The notes under the pieces: generated by a model | What the model was told of the DNA's origin: nothing | The model's input: the letters and a program-made list of their open reading frames with translations, nothing else | Databases searched by the model: none | Position numbers and translations under genes: made by a program | NCBI RefSeq assembly: GCF_006345805.1 | Contig: NC_042997.1 | Location: 126,976,001 to 127,040,000 of the forward strand | Direction: 5' to 3' | Source of the DNA: Octopus sinensis | Taxonomy: Eukaryota | DNA: 64,000 bases | Shown here: piece by piece, positions 1 to 12,863 of the stretch | Position numbering within the stretch: position 1 is the stretch's first letter | Layout: every line of letters begins with the position of its first letter

Positions 1-52
1 ACTGAGAGTCACTACGGTATCCGCTCAGATGATATATCCCTCCAAACTCACA

Positions 53-129
<77 letters not shown>

Positions 130-130
130 A

Positions 131-190
<60 letters not shown>

Positions 191-290
191 CGTGTGTGTG
201 TGTTAAAGAGAGAGACAGAGAGAGAGGGAGAGAGACAGAGAGAGAGAAAGAGAGAAAGAGAGAGAGAGAGACAGACAGACAGGGAGAGAA
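53..290. repeat. Compound microsatellite (TATC)n/(TC)n/(TA)n/(TG)n/(GA)n
   Basis: Directly visible simple repeats; explains ORF 29..316. Confidence 0.95.
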
Positions 291-411
291 AACTTAGTTC
301 AATAAGAACAAGTTGAACTTTTTGGAGGGTTCAAAAAGTTAGATTTGTAATAAAGATTCTTCATATCAAAATAGTAATTTGCAAGTATTTAAAATATGAA
401 AATAAGACAAT

Positions 412-946
412 AATGTGTTATGAGAATTATAGGATAAAATCCTATGTAAACCCAAATAACAGTTAAGAAATGGAGAAGAGACGATGTTAAAACTTTTTAT
501 AAATTTTTTATCCGTATGATCGTTTCGAACGATAGTACTGACATGTAAGAAAACATGGAAAAAAATTAAATTAATTATAATAATAATTAATAATAATTAA
601 GTTAAATTAATTCAATTGGTATTACCAATCTCTTCAGAGGAAAAAATTAATAAAACATAAAAAAATGTATTAACAAAAGAATATTACAATAAGACTACAG
701 AGAGTCTGTGTCGGTTAAAGTTGATCGGATATTCATAATAAGAATGTGAAATGGGAAAAGAGAGATGTAGGAACATGTTAATGTAGTGTTGAGTCTATCT
801 GTGTAATTTAATTTTTTCCACGTTTTCTTACATTTCAGCATTATCATTCGAAACGATCGTATAAAAACTTTTAACATATCTTCTACATTTTTTAACTGTT
901 AGTCGGGTTTAAATAGGATTTTATCCTATGATACTCATAACACATT
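412..946. mobile_element. AT-rich foldback/MITE with ~150-160 bp imperfect terminal inverted repeats
   Basis: 412-573 (aatgtgttatgag..aggataaaatcctat..gatcgtttcgaa..ggaaaaaaattaaatta) is the imperfect reverse complement of ~804-946. Confidence 0.8.
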
Positions 947-964
947 TTTAATTTTATATATATA

Positions 965-1120
965 TATAGGGAGAGTTTATGAAAAAACAAAAGACGAAGA
1001 CAGGTGGTGTACAAAACAAACAGATGTATTAGTATAACGTTCAGGAATAGAAAAAGTATTTTACATTTCGAGCATACGCACTGTAGAAAGGGACACAGAA
1101 AAAAACAAGGAGAGGAAAAA
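965..1120 (-). mobile_element. Penelope-like non-coding remnant, same family as 36767-36962
   Basis: aaaacaaaagacgaagacaggtggtgtacaaaacaa..tttcgagcatacgcactgtagaaagg is a diverged reverse complement of the 36767-36962 element. Confidence 0.6.
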
Positions 1121-1173
1121 ACACAAAAATTCAGTTACAAGTAGATGTGAAAATTTCTTGCCATTGCTTGCGA

Positions 1174-1212
<39 letters not shown>

Positions 1213-1370
1213 TGGCCAACCAGCTAGTTTAAAACAAATCACTGCTGAACTGTGTCACCGAGTAGATTGCAGGCAGTGTCAAAAAATTTTGGCATCTACT
1301 TGTAACTGAATTTTTGTGATTTTGAATGGTTACAATGAGTCATGCACACTGTAATTGCTCTATGTTCGAA

Positions 1371-1431
<61 letters not shown>

Positions 1432-1653
1432 GTGTGTGTATACACACTTATATAGCAGCCATGTAACAAGTGCCTTTCTCAGACTATTCTTTTCCTTCTT
1501 AAAGGGTTTTTTCCGTTTTCTCTTTCGGAGGAAGAGCTATGCTGGAAACGTCACAACCCTCTCTTCTTTTCTATCTTAAACTTTCTCTGAGAGTCAATCT
1601 AATGCATTCACTCTGCCCTCCTGACATTTGTTGCTTCTTTTAATTCTTCATTT

Positions 1654-2123
<470 letters not shown>

Positions 2124-2363
2124 CGGACGTGCTGTCACTTCGGCTCCGAAGGTAATCGTTTATTTTGACTATTTATAGCCCATATTTTGTGTACTTTTTT
2201 GTAAATAAGGTGTGTAAGGCACCCAACTTTCGTTTGAGTGCTTTTCCAAGGGAGGAATTCGCCCCTAGGGGCAGTTTCAACCCTATTTAATTTGTGTAAT
2301 TTTCTTCTCGACATTTTGAAAATATCGAGAAATTTTATTGTAGAACGCTGGTCGCGTTCCTTT

Positions 2364-4375
2364 ATGGACCAGCATTTTCCTAGTTTGGAAACGCTAGGAG
2401 AAGAAAAAAAGAACTCATGCATGCAAAGTGCAAACTTGAATGACATGGCAGTGAACGCTGCAACCACTTGCGATAACAGCACTGTCACCACCACCACTAA
2501 CAACAACAACAACGAGACTACTACTGCCACCACCACCGCCTCCACCACCACTACCACCACCGCCACCTCATCCACTACCTCAACTACCAACAACAACAAC
2601 AATAACAATGACAACAAGAATAACAACAATTGCGCCACCATTTCGACATCTGCTGCCACGGCTGTCTCTTCTGCCACTGACACCACCGCCAACACCAACA
2701 ACAACAACAACAATTCCGTTCAGACCTTGTTTACTCCAACACCAAGAACTGAAGGGAATAAACAAAAGACTGTGACCACCAAACAAATTGACAAAAGCTG
2801 CTCGAACACAGGAACAAACTATGCAAGTAATTTTTCACCCCTTGCTACTTGCACAATCAAACCAAATATACCGATTTTACCAACTGTAGCCAACAACATC
2901 ACCACCAGCAACAGCAATAACAAAACAACAACAAATTTCGCCGAGGCGATAAAAGAAAATAAGACAACAGTATATTTTACTGCACAGCAGATAAAAGATA
3001 CGAATGTTTTAATAACGGAAGTAGATGGTATAGTAAAAATAAACATACCACAAGAAATATTAGAAAATGAAAAAAAAAAAAATAATTAATAAGAAAACAA
3101 AAAGTCCAGAGAAGGCTAACACAAGCAAAATCGAAAAATGCTTGAAACCCATCTGGAACTACAAAGAGTATGTGACCTGGTGGAACAAGTTCGCACACAT
3201 ACAAGTGGTCTTCCACACTGAAGAGTTAGCAAGACGTTTCTCAACGCTAACTCTTCATTCAGATGAACTGCAACTAACACCAAGCTATCGTGGACAGAAA
3301 GTGACTAAGATCACTTTAAACAATGTCCCAAAAATAGCGAACAATCTATGGCTAGTAAAGACCTTATGTGTGAAAATGGAATACCCACCCAGATATGTGT
3401 ATCAGAAGACCACAAGTTGTATGTGGTCGTCGATGGCAGAAGACCACGTTGCTACATATGCGGCAGTGAGCAACACCTAAAAAAAGATTCCAAATATGCC
3501 GCAAGAAAACAACAGCAACAACAACAGCAGCCGGAAAAAACAAAAAAGCCAGCTTTACTACCCACACCACAAATTGTACAAACAGGACTAATCACAGAAA
3601 ATAAAAAAAAACAAACCTCACCAACCAAACAACCACACCAACTGCAGCAAGAACAGAAGCAACACCACCAACAACAACAACCAAGAATAAACCAACTCCC
3701 AAACCAAGGACATCTGCCAAAAAGACACTCATCGAAAATGAAGAAACAATTACTACTCCAAATCCCCACAAAATTGACACCCCAAACAACACAACAATAC
3801 CTACAATCACTCAAACACAAAATACCCACACCCCACCTCCAAAACCGCATACACCACAACCTAACGCTCACCAACCAACACCAACAACAAAATCAACACA
3901 GTCTACAATAGACCCCAATATTTTCCCTCTCCCAAGCTCTGATTCCTCTGATTTGTCATTAGACGAAGAAGACACAGAAGATTTGCAAATAGCCACAGGG
4001 GGGAGAAGAAAAAGGGGAAAAAAAGAAAAGAAAAGATAACAAACAAAGCAGGAAGATTCACCACTCCCGAAACAAAAACATCCACAGAAAACAAAAACAT
4101 CCACAGAAAACAAACACATCAACACAAACACACCATCATCAAACCCTCCAACGATGTTGACAGCCATAAACACAAACAACCACGACCTAATGGAACACAT
4201 TAGGTCAAATACCAACATAACTGAAAACGACATAAAAACAAATAACCACCCACGCACAACACCACCACAACACATTAAAATAATACACGTAACACAGAAC
4301 ACATACAGCACCCTGAAATCTCTTTACCCTGATGCAGTAGGGAGATTTCAAAAATATTCATCAAAGAAACTATAA
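2364..4375 (+). pseudogene. LINE ORF1 (Gag-like nucleic-acid-binding protein), frameshifted
   Basis: Pieces 2238..3089, 3067..3480, 3348..3911 and 4154..4375 join via frameshifts (one in the A-run ~3070-3082). First in-frame ATG at 2364 (MDQHFPSL). KVTKITLNNVP and GRRPRCYICGSEQHLKKDS (C-X2-C-X4-H-X4, last C>S) are typical Tx1 ORF1 motifs. Confidence 0.75.
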
Positions 4376-4501
4376 AAACCTCATGGAAGAAGACTGTGAG
4401 GTGAAAAACAAAGGACTTTCGAACAACAAATAACCTTTTCTCTCTCTCTTTCCTTTTTTGCACTTTCTTTTCGTGTGTAAAACACAATTTTTTATCGGAA
4501 C

Positions 4502-7500
4502 ATGCTCAGAATAGGCAGTATAAATGTATGTGGCTTGGGGTCGCCTTGGAAACAAGGCTACCTGTTAAATGACATCAAGTCACTAAATCTGAATATGATA
4601 GCCATCAGTGAGACCAGACTCCACAGCTCGTGGCACTCCAGCACAGTTTCGGTACACATTTCAACATTTATTTTTCTCCGTGTCTACCGAGAATGGGCGG
4701 AGGTGGCACCGCGGTGCTTCTCCGGAAGAGTCTGGATCTCAAAGTAAGAGCAATTTTCCCAGACCCGGAGGGTAGGCTGGTCGTTTTGGATGTCGATGGC
4801 AGCAATAAGTGTGCTTTTCGACTGATAGCAGTTTATGCTCCGTCCTTAACAGGCCGACCAGATTTCTTTCGACGTCTAGAGTCTTTCATGGGAACGTCTC
4901 GTCCTTTACTTTTAGTGGGGGATTGGAATGTCACCCTGGACATGCATCTAGACTACGTGGGCAGAGCTAGCAATAGAAGGGGATGCAAATGCCTCAAAGA
5001 CCTGCTCAGACGTTTCCAACTGTCTGACAGGTACCGACTGGACCACTCGAATGTGCCAATGTGGACATGGAGTAACCGCATCGGATCGTCCAGATCATAC
5101 TTAGATAGAGTATTCTGTAGGACAATAGATAAAAATAGTGTAGGTTGTCCACAAATTCATATAGTCAGTTACACAGATCACAAGTTTGTGACTTGTACAC
5201 TTGACTTAGATAAGACACATAGGCAGGGTCCTGGTTACTGGAAACTGAAAGCGTCTTTTACAGCACGACAGATTTACAGGGACCGGATCAGCACATTAGT
5301 TAAGAGAGCCTTGACGGGTACCATCATCAACAACAGATGGTGGTATGCCCTAAAAAAAGCAATTAAAGCAGAATCAGTCAGATACAGTAAAGCCCTAGCA
5401 TTAGACCGAAATAGAATAGAGGGAGAATTAGTTAAGGTTTTAGAAGAGGCACTTAGAACTGGCATCGCGTCCAACGTGCTGGCGGCGAGATTGGCCCTCG
5501 ACCAACACCTCAACGCCAATCACGAGGGATGCGTTGTCAGAGCTAGGATGCGTGCTCTGAGGAACGAAGGAGTTGGAGCCGCCCAAGAGGCCCGAGTGGT
5601 GGAGACGCAACGAGGCAACAGAGCCACCATCAAGTCTCTTATAGATGAACAGGGGCGCGAATTGCTCGAGCCTAAAAGGATGTGTGGGGCTTTTCAACAA
5701 CACTTCACCCAACTGTTTGGGACAAGTGGTGGGTCAGAACGCAGAGTGGACTTTAGTGCCTACCTGCATGCCTTGCCACGACTCTCAGCAAGAGAGGTGG
5801 AGTCTTGTGAAAGGCCTATCACAGCTGCGGATGTACAGGATGCGATAGGGGTCTGCGCGAGAGACAAGTCACCAGGCTTGGATGGTCTGCCCTACGAACT
5901 TTATTGTCATATGCCAGACTTGTTTAGAGGCGTCTTGGCAGCTGTCTACTGCAACTGGCAACAAAACGGGAGTATTCCTGCTTTTGTAAAGCGAGGAGCA
6001 GTGGCACTGATTAAGAAAGACCGAAACAAGGGGGACGTCATAGATAATTTCAGGCCCATCACTCTGCTCAACGCAGATTTGAAAATTTTGGCCAAGGTGT
6101 TAGCCGAGAGATTGGCGCTTGTCATCAAGAAACTAATCGACAAGGCGCAAATATGCGCCGTGCCGGGTAGAAGTATTCATGACAACCTCCATCTGATGCG
6201 CTACATCATAGACAGGGTTGTTAAGAATCCTGGCATGGGTGGGGCGCTGATCAATTTGGATCAATCAAAAGCTTTCGATAGGGTAGACCATCACTACTTG
6301 GAGGCTGTCCTTAAAGCGGCTGGTTTCGGTCCAGTTTTCCGCGGTTGGATCGCTGCCTTATACAGCGGCATCTGCTCAGTAGTTCACGTAAATGGTCATC
6401 TATCCAGACCTTTTAACATCATGCGTTCGGTTCGTCAGGGATGCCCCCTCTCATCGCTGCTGTATGTATTGACTCTTGAGCCACTACTGCGGAAACTGGC
6501 GACGCTGAGGGACATCCCACGAGAGCTGGGATGCGGGAGGAGCGTGTCTGCATACGCGGATGACGTCACCGTCATAGTGTCGAGCTACCAGCACATCGAG
6601 CTGGTCGGCGAGACACTAAAAGAATACGAAGCGGTAACGGGAGCAAAAATTAACCGGGAAAAGTCAGTGGGCTTGCGGCTCGGCACCTGGAGAAGCAGGC
6701 CCACGCCGTCCAACAGCGTCTCCATCGTGGGACGCTGGACGGACGGACCGGTTAAATTGCTCGGGGTCTGGTTCGGTCCGGACCTCCAAATGGAGAAGAA
6801 CTGGAGCGAGATAACGACTAGGGTGGCTACTCTCACCCAGAAATGGGCTGAGAGAAAGCTATCCCTAAAAGGTCGGGCGGAGGTGGCGAACTCGTACATT
6901 GCATCCGTCATCGAGTATCGTCTGACCGTCGTGCCTTGTCCCGACCCTACCATCACCAAACTGGAACGTATACTCTTTCGCTTCTTGTGGAAGGGAAACG
7001 TTCCGATGGTTAGGCGATCCATTTGCTGTCAACACCCGCTAAATGGAGGGCTGGGCATGCCGTGGTTGATGATGCGCAGACATGCGCTGAGACTGCGACA
7101 TCTCCGGCGCTTCATAGACAACGGTGAACAGGTGTAGTCGCCTTTTGTGCGGCGCGCTTTCCCGCAGCTCGTCTCCTTGGACGAACTACAGTCATGGATC
7201 AAGCAGAGACCGAGGCTAGGCGAATGGCACCGCGAGTGTCGCGTTGCTCTCAAGCAACTCTGCCGTCCGGGTTCGAACTTGTGCGACTCCATCACAACAA
7301 AGGCATTCTATAGAGGATTAGTGGAGGGGAGGTGCGACGACGGACTCGGGTAGAGTCTGGGCGTCGACGAGGAACACCTGACCCGCCTGTTCAGGACAAC
7401 TTTCGGGCCGGGACCTATGAACAATCACCAAAGATCCCTGGCCTGGCAGTGCTATCGAGAAGCATTACTTGTTCGGGATAAGCTCTACAGACACGGTTCC

Positions 7501-7938
7501 AGACACACTGGACCGACTTGCCCGAGATGCGGTCAGAGCGACGAAACCGTTCTGCACGCACTCGTGCAATGTCCAACCATTTCAGACCTGTGGGCTTATG
7601 CCGAACGGCTGCTGTCACGTGTGGGACGAATCCGCCTATCGGCCGAGTCTGTCGTGAAAATTGCTCCGCCCCCTTCCCTCAACCGGGAAGGCAAGGTAGT
7701 TTTCATCGTACTGGTGGCCATGGTGAAAGAATGTGTGTGGTGGACCCGAGCGAAAGGATTAGAGACAAACACTTACCTCTCTGGCCAATCGCTCATCAAC
7801 TTTTTCAAGTACCACTTGAAAAGGAAGGTGAGAATGGAGAGGGAAGTTTTGTCTCGCGAAAGATTAAAAAAAAGATGGGTGAATGTTGCAAAGATGGTGC
7901 GTGCTAGTGACGAAACCATTTTGAGCATGATCCTGTAG
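4502..7938 (+). pseudogene. LINE ORF2: APE endonuclease, reverse transcriptase and C-terminal CCHC; 1 frameshift (~4635) and TAG stops at 7135 and 7351
   Basis: APE: IGSINVCGL, AISETR, VGDWN, YLDRV, TDHK. RT: SPGLDGLPYE, FRPITLLNADLKILAK, DQSKAFDRVDH, SVRQGCPLS, YADD. Zinc finger: CPRCGQSDETVLHALVQC. Segments 4630.., 7147.. and 7417.. share one frame. Confidence 0.93.
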
Positions 7939-8238
7939 ATCGTAAAAAAGAAAGAGAGAGAGCATTTTGCTCTCATGTGGTTATTTCCTCCCTGACTGAG
8001 GTTCCCGTGGTCTTTTCTGTAGGCTTTTCTTCCCACGGATGAACCCAATCTTGTTTTATCAATGTTTTTATCATTGTTTCTGTGATACACGATTTCTTTT
8101 CTTTTTTTTTTTCCTCCTCTCGATCCCTTTTATTGCAATCTTACATTTATTTTCTTTTTTTCCACCCTCGAAAAGAAAAGCTCTACATTTGTATTTGTCC
8201 CCTCTGTATTCAGCCCTGTGTGGCTAATAAAAGAAAGT

Positions 8239-8240
<2 letters not shown>

Positions 8241-8312
<72 letters not shown>

Positions 8313-8321
8313 GTCTGTCTA

Positions 8322-8355
<34 letters not shown>

Positions 8356-8381
8356 ATCTATCTATCATCTATCTATCTATC

Positions 8382-8465
<84 letters not shown>

Positions 8466-8474
8466 GTCTGTCTA

Positions 8475-8508
<34 letters not shown>

Positions 8509-8534
8509 ATCTATCTATCATCTATCTATCTATC

Positions 8535-8602
<68 letters not shown>

Positions 8603-8636
8603 GTCTGTCTGTCTCTCTGTCTGTCTGTCTGTCTAT
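8241..8636. repeat. (TATC)n/(TGTC)n compound microsatellite, 3' flank of the LINE
   Basis: Direct; same strand and composition as 1654-2123. Confidence 0.95.
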
Positions 8637-8859
8637 TTACATAAAAATATATGCGAGTGGAGTAACTTATTGCTATGCATGCATGTGAATATGTGTATAT
8701 ATTATGTGGGCGTGTTCTTTAGGTTTCCGTTGTAGCTGTATCTAATTATTTACTGCTACTGGCTAAATGTGTTGTTCATTCAAAATTTACAATATTCGAT
8801 AGAATATCCTATATTCTATATTTATATTTGAAGAATATATTTTTAAATGCGGTTACCGT

Positions 8860-9300
8860 TCCACGATAAACCTTAAACTTGGCGTTACTCCTCTCTCTTG
8901 TCTTAAATTCAGCTTCTTGCATTTCTGTGTCTTTCTACCATTTTCCTCCAAATATTTTCTCTTGTTCCTCCTTTCTTGTCCCTCACACCCTAAAATTCCG
9001 ACTCTCACGTAAACTCTGCTCCTCTCTCTGCTCCTCACTCTTTCTCTTTTCGCTTACATCTTTACTCACTCACCAATATTTATACTTTAAACTCTTCTTT
9101 AGTGTAACTCATATTCTACACGACAACATTACTTTCTCACTCTCTGCGTATCAGTCTCCTTCTTTCTCTCTTTTCGTCATTCACTGACGAAACCAACGCC
9201 CGAAACTTTATATTTTAACGTTTCTCATGACAACTGAACTTAACTGAACTCTCCTCTGGAGTAATTGTAACCGGTGTAGATCATCAGAAGTTGATAGGAA
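8860..9300 (+). mobile_element. Penelope-like 3' remnant with degenerate hammerhead core
   Basis: Pyrimidine-rich tract followed by ctgacga-aaccaacgccc-gaaac at 9184-9206. Confidence 0.4.
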
Positions 9301-9903
9301 GTTGATACCTGATTACATATGCATATACAAACATAAATCTATACGAGTGTATATAAGTGTGTGTATGGACATATGTATGCATAATATGCATGTATGTGTA
9401 TGTGTGTGTATTATAATGCATATATACATATATGCATTCATACATATGTATTTACATGCTTACATATGGCTTACTGTTGTACATATATTTTATTGTGAGA
9501 TATTTCTTTATGAAGATATATGATGATAACTATCCGCAACATTTATGCCTCTGGTATTAGACTCGCTCTCAAGTAAATAGTTATTCTTTTAATCGTTCGA
9601 ATCAAAGAAATATTTTTTCATTGAAGGTAACTAGCAATACTTCATAGAAGCTTCGTTTCATCAGTTGAGAAGATTGCATTGCTACAAGTAACATGGCTAG
9701 ACAACCTAATAATAACATACAACAACAGCAACAGCAGCGGTAGCAAGCAGCAGCCACGACGAACGAAAATATACCGAGCAGAAAATAAAAAAAGAAACCA
9801 TGTGCGTCTGGTGTTAGTGTGCGTGCCTGAAGTACATGCATACACACAAATATATGTACGTATATGTGTGTATGTGTGTGTGTGTGTATATATTATTATT
9901 ATT

Positions 9904-10459
9904 GAGTGAGAGAGCAGTTCATGCCATCAAAGTGACACTGGGGTAAAATATACGAAGCCCAATATACCCATCATGACTACTCGTCTGATAAGGGTACACC
10001 AGGCACATGCATCACGACCATATGTGCGCGACATGGTGATCTCATATCAAGATAAACAGCACATGACCTTGCAGGTGGGGCCCAGTTATATTTTCTTCAG
10101 GTTGAGTAGCCCATCGCTTCAAACGGTCCCGAATAAGGGTTGTTAAGGGTGTTGAAAAAAACCACCCATGTTTCCAGAGGTGAACTATTCAAACCCCAAA
10201 GAATCCCTCTCAACACATGGCTATGATGCTCCCCCACTACTTCTGCTCGTGATCAGAGATGCACATATCGTCGCCACTAAGGGACATGCTCAACTGGTTA
10301 AGGTCAAACAACTGACATGCAAATCTGTGGTATGGTATTGAGCGAATATTGCTGTAGCCCATCTTTTATACCAAGACAAAACAACGTACATGTGATAAAA
10401 CTTGCAATCAGTTAAGATCAGAAACCATGAGAGCCACTGCCTGGTACTGCATCAGGGCA
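9904..10459. mobile_element. Non-coding interspersed repeat embedded in an (ATT)n microsatellite
   Basis: Higher-GC, ORF-less block flanked by tattattattatt (9891-9903) and (ATT)n (10460-10645). Recalled as an abundant octopus repeat; single copy in this window. Confidence 0.5.
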
Positions 10460-10472
10460 TTTATTATTATTA

Positions 10473-10512
<40 letters not shown>

Positions 10513-10560
10513 TTAGGGAAGATTAATTATATTATTATTATTATTATTATTATATTATTA

Positions 10561-10592
<32 letters not shown>

Positions 10593-10597
10593 ATTAC

Positions 10598-10645
<48 letters not shown>
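10460..10645. repeat. (ATT)n microsatellite
   Basis: Direct. Confidence 0.95.
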
Positions 10646-10730
10646 CAGAGAAGATTAATTCCACGTCCACAGGAATGAGACGTTCAAATTAAAGGTACTA
10701 AAGTGAACTTCTCTCAATATTTTATTCACA

Positions 10731-11689
10731 TATATAAAAGTAGTTTTAGAGACAGAACTCCCCCCAACTCAATCAACACTGAAAGGTATTATACCCGACT
10801 GATCCATAAAATATTAAATATGATACTATATCTATTCAGAATCCCATACTTTCCATTTTAAAGACAACACGTGTTTCATGACAGCATGTCGGTTTTTTTT
10901 TAGATATAAGGTCTCTAGTTTCAATACTGAATTAGATCGACGTACTCTCAATCTTCAGGTCTGGATTCTACACATTTATTACTCTATCTACATTCTATAT
11001 GACTCTATGATGAGTGAAATAATTTGAATAAAAATTGTTAGCATAATTTAACTTTACAAATTAAAGAATTAAAATAAAAATTAAAATAATGAATGAACCT
11101 TAAAAATTTAAGAAATAGAAAATAAAATTACCTCCCTTACATTGGAATTATCAAGTATGGATTGTACGTTTTTTGCAAGATGTAGCCATGTTTAATTTTC
11201 GCAGGGAGGGAGCCACAAATAGATAAGTTAACATTCGTTTTGTTCATTATTTTAAATTTTATTTCGTATTTTTTATTCCTATTTTTTATTCTCTTTTATT
11301 CCTTAAATTTTTGTTTCTTAAATTTCTAAGGTTCATTCATTATTTTTATTTTTATTTTTATTCATTAATTTGTAAAGTTAAATTATGTTGACGATTTTTA
11401 GTCAAATAATTTCAATCATCATAGAGTTATATAAAATGTAGATAAAGTAATAAATGTGTAGAATCCAGACCTGAAGATTGGGAGTACGTCGCTCTAATTC
11501 AGTATTGAAACTAGAGACCTTATATCTCAACAATACCGACATACTGTCATGAAACATGTGTTGTCTTTAAAATGGAAAGTATGGGATTCTAAATTGATAT
11601 AGTATCATATTTAATAGTTTATAGCTCGGTCGGGTATAATATCTTTCACAATTTAATTTAGTTGAGGATGGTTCTGTCTCCTAAAACTA

Positions 11690-11697
<8 letters not shown>
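10731..11697. mobile_element. Large foldback element with ~400 bp inverted arms, TA termini
   Basis: agtagttttagagacagaac..atgggattct/agaatcccat..tcttcaggtctggattctacacatttatt arms mirror each other (10731-11130 vs ~11260-11697). Confidence 0.88.
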
Positions 11698-11742
<45 letters not shown>

Positions 11743-12100
11743 GGCTGTGTGGTGAGAACCTTGTTTACCAACCACATGGTTCCGGGTTCAATTACAGTGC
11801 GTTGTACATTGGGCAAGTGTCTTCTACTATAGCCTCGTGCCGAGCAAAGTCTTTTGAGTGAATTTGGTAGACGGTAACTGAGAGAAGCCTGTCATATATG
11901 TACATATATATATGTATATATTTGTGTGTCTGTGTTTGCACCGTCTTCACCACCACCACCGCTTGAAACCGATGCTGGTGTGTTGGAATACCGATGGAAT
12001 AAGTAGTAGGCTTACCAAGAATAGGTTCTGGGGTCAATTTGTTCGACAAACGGTGGTACCCCAGCATGGCCGCAGTCAAATGACTGAAACAAATAAAGGA
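11743..12100 (+). mobile_element. tRNA-derived SINE family A
   Basis: Head ggctgtgtggt..ggttccgggttca, core gtgagtggatttggtagacggaaactg, TA/TG spacer, tail ccagcatggccgcagtcaaatgactgaaac; many homologs in the window. Confidence 0.85.
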
Positions 12101-12107
12101 ATATTTG

Positions 12108-12500
12108 CTACTCTAGGCACAAGGGCCTGAAAATTTGGGGGAGGGGTCCAGTAGATTAGATCGACCAGAGTACGCAACTGGTACTTAATTCATCGACCCC
12201 GAAAGGATGAAAGGCAAAGACGATCTTGGTAGGATTTGAACTCCGAACGTAAAGACAGACGAAATACCTATTTCTTTACTACCCATAAGGGGCTAAACAC
12301 AGAGGGGATGAACAAGGACAGACAAACGGATTAAGTCGAGTATATCGACCCCAATGCGTAACTGGTACTTATTTAATCAACCCCGAAAGATGAAAGGCAA
12401 AGTCGACCTCGGAGGAATTTGAACTCAGAACGTAGCGGCGGACGAAATACTGCTAAGCATTTTGCCCGGCGTGCTAACGTTTCTGCCAGCTCGCCGCCTT
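12108..12500 (-). mobile_element. tRNA-derived SINE family B, dimer (internal Tx1-like tail, terminal tail 2)
   Basis: Head aaggcggcgagctggcagaaacgttagc, core gtcgactttgcctttcatcc.., two units. Confidence 0.85.
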
Positions 12501-12780
12501 GAAACAAATAAAAGAATAATAGAAAGGTCATGTGTGTGTATGTGTGTGTGTGTGTGTGTTGTATACACATGCACTAAAATGTATATGCATGGCGAGGACT
12601 ATCAAGCGAATGTGTATCAATATATTAAGTATAAATTCTTAAGACCGATGTTCAAGGGGTGTAACGAAACCAATAACGCAATTACAGACGAGCAACTAAT
12701 TGTACATTGGATTGTTTGAGAAGTTCACTTGCCATGAGACATGTTGCACCTGACATTTCGAACCTTGTTCTACGCCGTCA

Positions 12781-12795
12781 GAAATAGAGAGATAA

Positions 12796-12863
<68 letters not shown>

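Larger units (their letters stand above)
2124..8240 (+). mobile_element. Near full-length Tx1/L1-clade non-LTR retrotransposon
   Basis: 5'UTR, ORF1 with CCHC-type knuckle, ORF2 with APE-RT-CCHC, 3'UTR ending in AATAAA (8226-8231); (TATC)n on both sides. Confidence 0.9.
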
